64,000 bases of DNA from a virus. The position numbers were made by a program, and so were the translations under genes. Shown here one piece after another: positions 35,848-45,681 of the stretch. The notes beneath the pieces were generated by a model. That model saw only the letters and a program-made list of their open reading frames with translations. It made no database searches and was not told the DNA's origin. Positions within the stretch are counted from its first letter, which is position 1. Each line of letters begins with the position of its first letter. The DNA lies in the IMG/VR virus record IMGVR_UViG_3300008266_000014, positions 1-64,000 of that record. One strand, written 5' to 3'.

Positions 35848-38622
35848 ATGGCAAATACAAGATTCAAAACCCACCACGGTTTAAACTCCACAGCTAATAG
35901 TTATGTCCAGGGTGATTTGGAGGTTACAGGAAATGTGCAAATTGGAGGTGTATTAGCTTATAGCGGTGTTGCTGTTGGTAACTTTATTCCAGATTCTGAC
36001 CAGCGTGATTTAGGAAATACGACAAATAGATGGGATCTTTTTGGTTTTACAGCTAATATTGCCAGTACATTAAGAGCTAATGGAGCAGCATCTCTCGGAA
36101 ATACGTTAACAGTCACTGGTGCTGCTACATTTTCCAACACTATCACTATTGAAAATAATGCAAATTTAACGAGCACGTTATCAGTTAACGGAGCAGCCTC
36201 TTTTTCAAATAGTATTACGGTTGTTGGGGATGTTATATCTAATAACACATTAACGGCTAATGGTAATACGTCTTTTACCAACACCCTCTTTGTTCTCACT
36301 ACTAACAGCACCTCAAATGTATTAACGATTGGTGCTGTCAATACCTCGGTAGATTCGGGTGTTCTTTTCGTTGATTCAGTGAATAACAGAGTCGGTGTTA
36401 ATAATACTGCTCCTGGAGTCGCTTTGCGTGTCACTGGTGCAGTTGACATTTCTTCTACTGCAAATATTCAAGGTAGTGCCAATGTAAGTGGTACTTTTGG
36501 TGTTGGTGGCAATACAACACTCAGTGGGACTCTCCAGACAGTTGCTGGTAATGTAAACTTTGATTCTGGTGTTCTATTTGTTGATTCTGTAAATAATAGA
36601 GTTGGTGTAAATAACACGACACCAGATGCGTCCTTCGTAGTTACAGGTACAGCAAATATTAGTGGCAATACTGTTATTACTGGTACATCACACTCAATAA
36701 CTGGTAATGTTAATATTGACTCTGGAGCGCTCTATGTTGATGGAGTAAGCAACAGAGTAGGTATCAATAATACAACACCAGATGCAGCGCTAACGCTGAC
36801 AGGTTCTGCAAATATATCTGGACTGATCACAGGATCTTCTGGTGCATCTTTAACGGGTACTGTTAATGTTTCTAGTGGCATTAACATTGGTTCAACTTTA
36901 AGTGTAAACACGTCTTCACTTCTAGTTAATACTTTTGTTACTGTATCGGGACTGCTGTCGTCTAATACAACAAGCCCGCAAGTAAATGGATTCAGCACAT
37001 TGTTTCTTTCAGAAGTATCTCCAGGAGATCAAATTCTTTTTTCAGGAAATACATCTTTATTCACTGTACAGTCCATAACAAATAATACAATATTAACACT
37101 AACAACTAATGCACCAACATCAAGTTCAAATACTGCTCAGCGTTTGGCAACAACAAGAATATCTGTTTCCGAAGTAACAACGAATGGTACCCTCTCTGCT
37201 CAGAGATCGGCTAATCTGTTTGGCAATGTTGCATTGACAAATCAACTTCTTTCTCTAACATCTAATAGTACTTCTAATGTTGTTACCTTTGGATCAGGGA
37301 ATGTGAATTTTGATACCGGTACTTTATTTGTTGATGCGGTAAACAATCGTGTTGGTATAGGTAACACTGCACCAAATGTAACTTTACAAGTATCCGGTAC
37401 TGTTAACACATCAACACTAACAACAACCACAATAACATCTGGTAATTCTACCAGCAATGTCGTAGCAAACAGTGTAGGTGTAACGGCACCAAATATTAAC
37501 TCCGCTACTCTATTTGTTGGCAACACAACAAGCAATGTGTTTGCAAATAGTACAGGTATTTACACACCTCTTGTTAATGCAACGTCACTTAATGTGAGTT
37601 CTTTCACATCTGGAACCATTGCTGTTGGTAATTCAACTGTTAATGCTTCTATTAACAGCACCTCAATTGTAGTTGGTAACTCAACTTTCAATACGTTTAT
37701 CGGATCTACATATCTTGATATAGATGGATATGTAAACATTGCTGGTGATTTTGCTGTGGATACCAATGTATTAAAGGTAGATGTAACAACAAACCGTGTC
37801 GCTGTGAACAAATCAGTACCAGCAGCAGCTTTAGATGTTGTGGGTGAAGCGCTTATTTCTACAAGTGTTAACTCTGCCTTGTATACCATTGGTAGTACAT
37901 TCATTGCAAATACTACTGGGGTGTATCATACTGGTACTGTAAATGCAACTTCATTTACAACAACTAATTTTATTGCTAATACTAGCCAGATTGGTTTCAC
38001 TAACCTAATTGCAAACTCTATTGGCATTTACCATACGGGCACTGTTAATGCAGCATCGCATACGATTGGATCAAGCTTAATTGCTAACTCTGCTGGTGTG
38101 TATCATACGGGTACAGTCAACGCTGCTTCTCATACTGTTGGTGGTAATTTTACTGCTAACTCCACTGGAGTATATGCTGGAGTAATTTCTGGAACTACAA
38201 CAACCATTACTTCATTGGGTGTTGGAACAGCGCCAACAGGAACGACAGGTGAAATTGTTGCAACAAATGATGTTACAGCTTACTACTCTGATAAACGTCT
38301 CAAAAACATTTTAGGTAATATTGAAAATCCACTGGAAAAGATTAGCAGGATTAATGGTGTGTATTACAAGCAGAACGAGCTTGCTGAGCAGATGGGATAT
38401 AGAAACTACGATACACAAGTTGGTCTAATTGCTCAAGAAGTGCAGAGTATTTTACCGGAAGTAATTAAAATAGCTCCTTTCGATATGGGTCCAGAAAAAG
38501 AAAGTAAGTCGGGTGAGAATTATCTCACTATCCAGTATGAAAAATTAGTGCCATTGCTCGTAGAAGCAATTAAAGAACTTAAACAACAATTAGACGAGTT
38601 AAAAAATGGCAACAAAGGCTAA
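35848..38622 (+). CDS. tail fibre with C-terminal intramolecular chaperone (peptidase S74)
   Basis: YYSDKRLK...GLIAQEV...YEKLVPLLVEAIKEL; repeated LFVD..NNRVG.N modules. Confidence 0.88.
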   Translation: MANTRFKTHHGLNSTANSYVQGDLEVTGNVQIGGVLAYSGVAVGNFIPDSDQRDLGNTTNRWDLFGFTANIASTLRANGAASLGNTLTVTGAATFSNTITIENNANLTSTLSVNGAASFSNSITVVGDVISNNTLTANGNTSFTNTLFVLTTNSTSNVLTIGAVNTSVDSGVLFVDSVNNRVGVNNTAPGVALRVTGAVDISSTANIQGSANVSGTFGVGGNTTLSGTLQTVAGNVNFDSGVLFVDSVNNRVGVNNTTPDASFVVTGTANISGNTVITGTSHSITGNVNIDSGALYVDGVSNRVGINNTTPDAALTLTGSANISGLITGSSGASLTGTVNVSSGINIGSTLSVNTSSLLVNTFVTVSGLLSSNTTSPQVNGFSTLFLSEVSPGDQILFSGNTSLFTVQSITNNTILTLTTNAPTSSSNTAQRLATTRISVSEVTTNGTLSAQRSANLFGNVALTNQLLSLTSNSTSNVVTFGSGNVNFDTGTLFVDAVNNRVGIGNTAPNVTLQVSGTVNTSTLTTTTITSGNSTSNVVANSVGVTAPNINSATLFVGNTTSNVFANSTGIYTPLVNATSLNVSSFTSGTIAVGNSTVNASINSTSIVVGNSTFNTFIGSTYLDIDGYVNIAGDFAVDTNVLKVDVTTNRVAVNKSVPAAALDVVGEALISTSVNSALYTIGSTFIANTTGVYHTGTVNATSFTTTNFIANTSQIGFTNLIANSIGIYHTGTVNAASHTIGSSLIANSAGVYHTGTVNAASHTVGGNFTANSTGVYAGVISGTTTTITSLGVGTAPTGTTGEIVATNDVTAYYSDKRLKNILGNIENPLEKISRINGVYYKQNELAEQMGYRNYDTQVGLIAQEVQSILPEVIKIAPFDMGPEKESKSGENYLTIQYEKLVPLLVEAIKELKQQLDELKNGNKG

Positions 38623-38935
38623 TATTGTTATTGATCAGGGTACTACGTTTTCTACGAGTATTTCTCTTACTGATGAAAATGGAGATGCTATAGATCTTAC
38701 TGGATATACTGGTAGATCGCAGATGAGAAAACACTATACATCTTCCAACTCTCAGAGTTTTACAGTTGTCTTGAATACATCTGAAGGAACAGTTGCTCTA
38801 TCATTAACACCAGTTCAAACTGCCAACCTTACCCCAGGTAGGTATGTTTACGATGTGGAGATAGTTAGTGCTGCAAATGTGGTATCAAGAATTGTAGAGG
38901 GAATAGTAACAGTCACTCCAGAAGTCACAAGATAA
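38606..38935 (+). CDS. virion structural protein (BppU-like Ig fold)
   Basis: IDQG.TF...DLTGYT...QMRK...GRYVYDVEI...RIVEG.VTV.P.VT. Confidence 0.7.
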   Translation: MATKANIVIDQGTTFSTSISLTDENGDAIDLTGYTGRSQMRKHYTSSNSQSFTVVLNTSEGTVALSLTPVQTANLTPGRYVYDVEIVSAANVVSRIVEGIVTVTPEVTR

Positions 38936-39199
38936 ATGAGTGTTAATAACGCAAGAGTGAGGCTAGTAACAGGCTCAAACATAACCGCAAGAGTAGGAAC
39001 TAGCAACGGTCAGATCCAGGCATCTGCGCCAGTTACTCTTACCACCAGACCAAACAGACTTGATTTGCTCGACGATGTTGAGGAGGGGGTTTCACCCGCA
39101 AATGGCGCTGTCCTCATGTACAGAGCTTCGGATGATAAATATGTTGTAGATCAGATTTCTTTTAGTAATTTAGGTAATCTTGATGGTGGCACATTCTAA
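38936..39199 (+). CDS. small fibre-associated protein
   Basis: L.DV...NGAVL.Y module and C-terminal LDGGTF. Confidence 0.65.
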   Translation: MSVNNARVRLVTGSNITARVGTSNGQIQASAPVTLTTRPNRLDLLDDVEEGVSPANGAVLMYRASDDKYVVDQISFSNLGNLDGGTF

Positions 39200-39224
39200 A
39201 AAAGAACAAAAATAAGGTAGGGAA

Positions 39225-41399
39225 ATGGCAAACTTAATCCAGATTAAGAGATCAACGGATACAGCAACACCACCAACGTTGGCTAATGGTGAATTGGCTT
39301 ATACGTCTAACGGTAACATACTCTTCATCGGCGACGAGGGTAGTATTCTTGCAATTGCTGGTGAAAGGGTTCCAGGTACCCTGACAGCTAATCAGGCACT
39401 TGTTGCAAACTCAACCAGCGGCATCGACAAGGTTATTGTAGCTAACCTTGTTCCTACTTCTGTCTATGCTAATGGATCATCTGGCGCCAATGGAACAGTT
39501 TTAACATCAAATGGGTCTGCAGTTTATTGGGGACCTGGAACCGTTTCCGGATCAAACACTCAAGTACAGTTCAACGACTCTGGTTTTGCTAACGGATCTG
39601 CAAACTTCACGTTTGATAAAGTAAACGGAGATCTATCTGTCTCCAATAATGTTTTACTAAAGTATGTTGCTGGTACAAATGGCTCTAGAAACATAACAAC
39701 CAACTACAATACAGAAAATGGTACTGTAGGAATCCAAGCTAATTTGTTTGTTGGAGTTGCAGGTGGTGGTAGTGTTTTAATTGGACAAACGTCTAACAAC
39801 CAACTGGTTAACCTCTCCAACACCACCATGGAGGTGAGAGGTGGTTGGGAAGCAAACAACGGTGCGTTGAGTCTTTTTGGTGGTAGCTTCACTGATAGTA
39901 ATTATGCAAAAATATTCTTGCAGGGTAATACCAGCACCGCAACAATTGAAGCTAACACCACTGTAGTTAAAACAATTGGTGGAACAACTCTTTCCACAAC
40001 AAATAGTACAGCTCTAACAATTTCTTCAGGGCTGGTATTTAGCGGTAATGGTGCATCAGTCACTTCTGTAAATGCAGCCACGGTTGGTGGTAATTCTGCT
40101 TCGGATTTGAGAACATATACTGAGGATAAAGCAGCGAACGCTTACTCCAATGCAATGTCCGACACACTGTCGAGAAGTGGTAGCTACACAGGTAATAATA
40201 CGTTTGGTGGAACAAACACCGTATTCAATTCTAATGTAAGTATTGCAGGAACAATTAATAGAGACCCTGTTATTACTCTTGCTGGTGATTTAACTGGCTC
40301 TGTAACTCTTACAAACTTAGCAAACGGTACGCTGACTGCAACAATTGCAGCAAATTCTATAGCACTTGGTGTCGATACAACTGGTGATTATGTTGCAAAT
40401 GTAACAGCAGGCAACGGTCTTTCTGGAACAGCATCAGGTGAAGGATCAACACCAACACTAGCTGTTGTAGCTAACAACGGTCTTGCAAGCAACTCTACAG
40501 GAGTGTTTGTTGTAGCAAATAACGGACTTGCATCAAACTCTACAGGGGTATTTGTTGTTGCTGGTACAGGTGTCACCTCCAATGCAACTGGTGTTCATAT
40601 TGGACAGGCTGTTGGAACAACTGATAGTGTAACATTCCAAGACTTAACTACCAATGGTAATACAGTTCTTGGTAGTGGTTCAATGGACGTTGTTTCATTT
40701 AATGCATCTGTTAATACTAACATACTACCTGCTGCCAACGCCACATACAATTTTGGTAATAATACACTAAGGTGGTATCAGGTTTTTGCTCAGAATGTTC
40801 ATTCAGAATATGGATATTTTGACAAAGATGTTACTATCTCAGGTAACTTGACTGTTTCAGGTAATGTTACTACCATCAATGTATCAACCTTGTCTGTTAC
40901 CGACTCACTAATTCAGCTTGCGTCAAATAATACTTTATCTGATTCGTTAGATATTGGTTTCTTTGGTAGCTATCAAACGGGTGGTGGAGATCATGAACAT
41001 ACTGGTCTTTTCAGAGACGCATCTGACGACAAATACAAACTGTTCAAAGGGTTGACCGTATCGCCAACAACAACAGTTGATACCTCTAACAACACATATC
41101 AGGTAGCAACTCTTGTTTCTTATCTTGAGTCCGGTGCGCTATCAACAAATTCGACCAGCATTACGCTAACAGCTAATGCAACAGTCAACGTATCTATAAC
41201 AGCTAACTCGCTTACTCTCAGTTCACCTCTTGCTGGAACTAGTGGTGGTACAGGGTTAAGTTCGGTTACTGCAGAGGATATTCTTGTTGCTAACTCAACC
41301 AATGGATTCCGCACACTGGCATTAGGTACCGATGGGTATGTGCTTCAATCAAATGGAAGTGCTGTTGTTTATGCTACTCTTGATGGGGGAACATTTTAG
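39225..41399 (+). CDS. tail fibre-like protein with Mtd-like N-terminus
   Basis: IQIKRS....P..L..GELAY N-terminus; ends LDGGTF. Confidence 0.75.
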   Translation: MANLIQIKRSTDTATPPTLANGELAYTSNGNILFIGDEGSILAIAGERVPGTLTANQALVANSTSGIDKVIVANLVPTSVYANGSSGANGTVLTSNGSAVYWGPGTVSGSNTQVQFNDSGFANGSANFTFDKVNGDLSVSNNVLLKYVAGTNGSRNITTNYNTENGTVGIQANLFVGVAGGGSVLIGQTSNNQLVNLSNTTMEVRGGWEANNGALSLFGGSFTDSNYAKIFLQGNTSTATIEANTTVVKTIGGTTLSTTNSTALTISSGLVFSGNGASVTSVNAATVGGNSASDLRTYTEDKAANAYSNAMSDTLSRSGSYTGNNTFGGTNTVFNSNVSIAGTINRDPVITLAGDLTGSVTLTNLANGTLTATIAANSIALGVDTTGDYVANVTAGNGLSGTASGEGSTPTLAVVANNGLASNSTGVFVVANNGLASNSTGVFVVAGTGVTSNATGVHIGQAVGTTDSVTFQDLTTNGNTVLGSGSMDVVSFNASVNTNILPAANATYNFGNNTLRWYQVFAQNVHSEYGYFDKDVTISGNLTVSGNVTTINVSTLSVTDSLIQLASNNTLSDSLDIGFFGSYQTGGGDHEHTGLFRDASDDKYKLFKGLTVSPTTTVDTSNNTYQVATLVSYLESGALSTNSTSITLTANATVNVSITANSLTLSSPLAGTSGGTGLSSVTAEDILVANSTNGFRTLALGTDGYVLQSNGSAVVYATLDGGTF
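40464..40553 (+). repeat. 45-bp tandem duplication encoding VVANNGLASNSTGVF twice
   Basis: Identical peptide with synonymously diverged DNA. Confidence 0.85.
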
Positions 41400-41593
41400 T
41401 GGAAGCTGAATTTGTTAATGTTTATATTCAGAAACAAAAAGCATGGATTGAAGATCTTACAGCAAAGCAAATAATTCTAGAAACAAGACTTCAGCTAGCC
41501 GAAACACAGTGTGCAAAGCTAGCTGAAGAGTTATCCAAGCTAAATAGCAAGATAGAAAAAACAAAAAAGAAATCAGAACATTCTGATTTTTAG
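41399..41593 (+). CDS. small coiled-coil protein
   Basis: GTG start overlapping the upstream stop; heptad pattern. Confidence 0.65.
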   Translation: MEAEFVNVYIQKQKAWIEDLTAKQIILETRLQLAETQCAKLAEELSKLNSKIEKTKKKSEHSDF

Positions 41594-41621
41594 TGCTCTA
41601 TATAGAGTCTGAAAGGCCCAC

Positions 41622-41936
41622 ATGGCTAATAAATTACAGATCAAACGTACGGCTGTTTCAGGACGTACTCCTAATACTACCAACTCTGGTAACACTCACT
41701 TCATAGATACTGGTGAGTTAGCATTGAATCTGGCCGATGGGAAACTCTTCTCGTCAAATGGATCGGCATATTTTGAAGTTGGTGCAAATATTTCAAGTCT
41801 TTCAGTCACCTCTATTGTTGCAAACGGCTCCACAGGAACAGCTGATCAGGTGTTGGCATCCAATGGTACTGGTGTCTATTGGGCCTCCTCTTCTGCCGAA
41901 TCGGCAGCTATTGTTTATGCAATCGCTTTAGGATAA
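41622..41936 (+). CDS. short fibre adaptor with Mtd-like N-terminus
   Basis: LQIKR..V.GR.P...GELALN.ADGKL; ends AIVYAIALG. Confidence 0.7.
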   Translation: MANKLQIKRTAVSGRTPNTTNSGNTHFIDTGELALNLADGKLFSSNGSAYFEVGANISSLSVTSIVANGSTGTADQVLASNGTGVYWASSSAESAAIVYAIALG

Positions 41937-41939
41937 AAA

Positions 41940-42305
41940 ATGGCAAGTACTTTTAAAAGATATTTTTATCAGAGTGTAGGAACTGCTAATACAACAGTTT
42001 ATAACCCTACAACAACTGGAATTCAATCTACTATTATCGGATTTTCTTTATGTAATAAAACAAACAACACTATCGAAGCTAGTGCAACATTTTCTCAGGG
42101 TGCTAATTCTGCTAGTGCCGGTGCCAACACAGTTTACTTAATTAAAAGTGCTGTTATTCCTGCTGGTTCATCTCTTGTTGTTGTTGGTGGTGATCAGAAG
42201 CTAGTACTTGTTGCAAATAGTACATCAAGTGATGTCCTTGAAGTATCAAGTAATACTTCTTCTTCTGTTGACGTTATGTTATCTGTTCTTGAGGTAACCC
42301 CATAA
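41940..42305 (+). CDS. virion structural protein
   Basis: MASTFK...IP.GSSL..VGG.QKLVL...DV.LSVLE pattern common in T4-like fibre regions. Confidence 0.7.
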   Translation: MASTFKRYFYQSVGTANTTVYNPTTTGIQSTIIGFSLCNKTNNTIEASATFSQGANSASAGANTVYLIKSAVIPAGSSLVVVGGDQKLVLVANSTSSDVLEVSSNTSSSVDVMLSVLEVTP

Positions 42306-42820
42306 TGTCTTACATAGGAACCCCAGCTCAAAACTTTGAAGAGACCTACGAGACCAGAACTGATTTCTTTTCCGGTAATGGTAGCAATACACAATTCACT
42401 CTAACCTATCCTGTAACCAAAACAATTGATATTGAGGTACTTGTTAATAATGTACAACAAAATCCTCACTCTGGATCATACTCTGTAAATGGTACAACTC
42501 TGACATTTACATCTGCACCAAGTGCAGCGTCAAATAATGTATACGTTGTTTATAGGAGCTTCTTCAGAACAAGTCCAATATTAAACACCAGTGCAGTAAT
42601 TTCCGATTATATTGCCCCACTAGCTGTTACGACATCCAAAATAGCAGCACAGGCAGTCACAACAGAAAAAGTTGCTAATACTATCACGCTTGGAAATGTA
42701 ACACTTACAGGCCCAGCAACATCAGCTAATAATATTTCAATTAACACAAGAGCAACGTCTGCAAATCATGCAACACAAAAACAATATGTTGATGCATTGA
42801 CGATTATCTTTGGAGCATAA
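42305..42820 (+). CDS. fibre-associated structural protein
   Basis: MSYIG.P, F.GNGS.T.FTL, V.VNNVQQ.P...Y...GTTLTFTSAP. Confidence 0.7.
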   Translation: MSYIGTPAQNFEETYETRTDFFSGNGSNTQFTLTYPVTKTIDIEVLVNNVQQNPHSGSYSVNGTTLTFTSAPSAASNNVYVVYRSFFRTSPILNTSAVISDYIAPLAVTTSKIAAQAVTTEKVANTITLGNVTLTGPATSANNISINTRATSANHATQKQYVDALTIIFGA

Positions 42821-42822
42821 TA

Positions 42823-45681
42823 ATGGCACGTAAATTTGTATCTAACTATTCATTCACTCCTGGTACTAGCACGGTTAAGGTTCAGGGGTTTGTTCCAAAA
42901 AATAAGTTTTTGATGATAACTCACATTCCTTCAGGGGCTGTTATTCATCAGTTTGCATCTCCAGAAAACGGGATTTCATCTCATAGCTTCAATGATTCAT
43001 CTACAGATCTTGACTCGACTTCTGGTGTAACAACAATTGTTCTTGAAAATCCTTGCACTGGTATGAGTAGTAGTGATGAATTACAGATTGTTATTGAAGA
43101 AGATTTTATTAAAACAAGACCTTTTGATTTTGGCACTGATGCAATTGAAAGAGCAAGAGTATCAAATCCTCAGAGCTTGATTGATGCTGACTTTGAGTAT
43201 GGACTACAAGGTACTAAATGGCAAACATACCAGTCGATTAATAATATTCCTGGTATCTACGAGTTTCCAGGACAGGATATTCCAATTTCTAATGTGACAA
43301 CGAATAATACATCGCCATATTCAACAATCACTGTTACATCTACATCTGCCCACGGATTAGCGAATGGAAATGCGATAACCATTGTTGGACTAGAAAATGA
43401 TCCACCTACATCTGCAAGAGCAGAGGGCTCATTCTTAATTACAACATCAAATACAACGGTGTTCACATATCTTGCAAAAGGGTATGTTGGACCTGCAAAC
43501 AACACTTCTTTGTTTACTCAAGCAACTCTTGTGAGAAAAGCAGGCTTTTATACTGGTGCAGGCATTCCTTTTGATGCAATGACTTCCGATGGGGCCAGCC
43601 CTTCAGTTATTACTGCAAACACTGCTACTCCTCATGGACTGGTTCCAGGACATACAATCTCTATTACAACCACAACTACAGGCAATAACCACACTCTTAT
43701 TAGAGGTAACTTTTTTGTAGAGCAGATTCCAACAGCCAACTCAATTAAATTTACTGCTTTGACTGGTGGTATTGTTGGTGCTGGGTTGTCAAACACAAAT
43801 GTAACAATCTACTCGAGAACTGATGCGTTTAACATCCACAGACCATTTGATGGTGGTGTGCTGATTGGTCCAGATAGTTCTGCTCATGGAGCTCAAGTTC
43901 TTAGACAATCTAAAAAATATTTTAGATATCAGTCCGGTAAAGGCTTACTTTGGACATCTGGTACCCTATATCAGCCAAATTATGACGTAGAAGTAGTCAA
44001 TGCATCGAGTACTTCAATTGGTGCATCCATTACAATCAAGACAGAGCAAAACCACGGTCTTCAGTCTGGTGCGACAGTAAAATTAACAGGAACAGAAACC
44101 TCGGGATATGCAAATACCTACACAGTAGGTACTATTGTATCAGACCAAGAATTTACTGTAACAGCTGTTACTGCCTTAGGAGCCACTACCTGTGTTCTGA
44201 GTTCACAGCCAAGAATTGTTGTTACTGGATGGCATGGGTCATCTATTAGAGCTGGTATTTTTGATGATCAAAATGGTTTGTTCTGGGAGAGTGATGGACA
44301 AAAAGTATATGTTGTAAAACGAAGTTCGACATTTCAGCTAGCTGGAACACTAACCATATCAAATAATAGTACATCTATTACTGGATCTTCTACCAGATTT
44401 GCAGAGCAAATTAGAGCTGGAGATAGGATTGTTGTTAGAGGTCAGTCAAGACTAGTAACGCAGGTTTCAAACAATACGCTAATGTATGTTTCTCCTCCTG
44501 TTCGTATATCAGGAGCGACATCTGTTGCTGGTGTCAAAGGAACACTTACTATTGACAATAAAACTCCTCAGGAAGATTTTAATCGCGATAGAATTGATGG
44601 TACCGGTGATTCGGGATACAACTTTAACTTTAATAAAATGCAAATGACTGGTGTTCAGTATTCCTGGTACGGTGCTGGGTTTGCTGATTTTATCATCAGA
44701 GGATTAAATGGTGATTTTGTATATGCTCATAGAATCAAGAACAACAACGTAAATGATGAAGCATATATGCGTTCTGGTAACCTACCAGCAAGATATGAAA
44801 TTATCAACGATGGTGCTAAATCATATCTTACAGAAGCAGCTAATGCAACCCAAACTTTTCTGAAACTTGCCAACACATACGCCTTTCCATCATCTGGAAC
44901 ACTGTATGTTGACAACGAGATGATCTCTTATACAGCAAAGACAACTAATAATACTGGTCAGTTTATTACTAGCTGTACAAGAGCAGCAAACCTTACTCAG
45001 TATGCTGGTGGATCAAGTAGAACATTCTCCGCTGGTGTAGCAGCAACACATGCAAATAATGTAGGGGTTCAGATTTTTAGTGTTACTTGTTCACCAACAC
45101 TTTCTCACTGGGGATCTTCTGTAATTATGGATGGTGGGTTTGATTCTGACAGAGGATATTTCTTTAATTATGCAAGAACTAACTATTCTGTTGGTAGTGG
45201 TGCAACCGGTACAGCATTCATAATCAGACTTGCTCCAACGGTGAGTAATAGCTTGCCAGGTGATATGGGAATTAGAGAATTAATTAACAGATCCCAGATT
45301 GTTTTGGAAAAGATTGAAATTATTTCTACACAGAATGTATTGGTAACTGGTATTCTGAATCCTGCTAATACATCATCTATTACGTGGAGTAACTTAAATA
45401 CGTCTGCTCTTGGTTCACAGCCCTCATTTACTCAATTCTCACAAACATTTACTGGGGTTGCTGCTCCTGGAGAGCAAATTCTTTCCACGATTGTTTCTTC
45501 AGCTGGCGGTTTAACTACGGTTGATCTTACTTCTCTGAAAGAGCTTGGTAATGCTGTAAACGGTGGAAACCAACAATTCCCTGATGGTCCAGACGTACTA
45601 GCTATCAATGTGAGAAACTTGAGCGGTCTTACAGCGGCAAACGTACAGATCAATCTATTCTGGTCGGAGACACAGGCATAA
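42823..45681 (+). CDS. large virion structural protein (fibre/spike)
   Basis: RVSNPQSLIDADFEYGLQ.TKW, RQSKKYFRYQSGKG, YSWYGAG, HWGSSVIMDGGFD. Confidence 0.75.
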   Translation: MARKFVSNYSFTPGTSTVKVQGFVPKNKFLMITHIPSGAVIHQFASPENGISSHSFNDSSTDLDSTSGVTTIVLENPCTGMSSSDELQIVIEEDFIKTRPFDFGTDAIERARVSNPQSLIDADFEYGLQGTKWQTYQSINNIPGIYEFPGQDIPISNVTTNNTSPYSTITVTSTSAHGLANGNAITIVGLENDPPTSARAEGSFLITTSNTTVFTYLAKGYVGPANNTSLFTQATLVRKAGFYTGAGIPFDAMTSDGASPSVITANTATPHGLVPGHTISITTTTTGNNHTLIRGNFFVEQIPTANSIKFTALTGGIVGAGLSNTNVTIYSRTDAFNIHRPFDGGVLIGPDSSAHGAQVLRQSKKYFRYQSGKGLLWTSGTLYQPNYDVEVVNASSTSIGASITIKTEQNHGLQSGATVKLTGTETSGYANTYTVGTIVSDQEFTVTAVTALGATTCVLSSQPRIVVTGWHGSSIRAGIFDDQNGLFWESDGQKVYVVKRSSTFQLAGTLTISNNSTSITGSSTRFAEQIRAGDRIVVRGQSRLVTQVSNNTLMYVSPPVRISGATSVAGVKGTLTIDNKTPQEDFNRDRIDGTGDSGYNFNFNKMQMTGVQYSWYGAGFADFIIRGLNGDFVYAHRIKNNNVNDEAYMRSGNLPARYEIINDGAKSYLTEAANATQTFLKLANTYAFPSSGTLYVDNEMISYTAKTTNNTGQFITSCTRAANLTQYAGGSSRTFSAGVAATHANNVGVQIFSVTCSPTLSHWGSSVIMDGGFDSDRGYFFNYARTNYSVGSGATGTAFIIRLAPTVSNSLPGDMGIRELINRSQIVLEKIEIISTQNVLVTGILNPANTSSITWSNLNTSALGSQPSFTQFSQTFTGVAAPGEQILSTIVSSAGGLTTVDLTSLKELGNAVNGGNQQFPDGPDVLAINVRNLSGLTAANVQINLFWSETQA

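Noticed and set aside
39225-41936. Diversity-generating retroelement suggested by Mtd-like N-termini
   Set aside because: No reverse transcriptase and no TR/VR pair with adenine-specific mismatches seen
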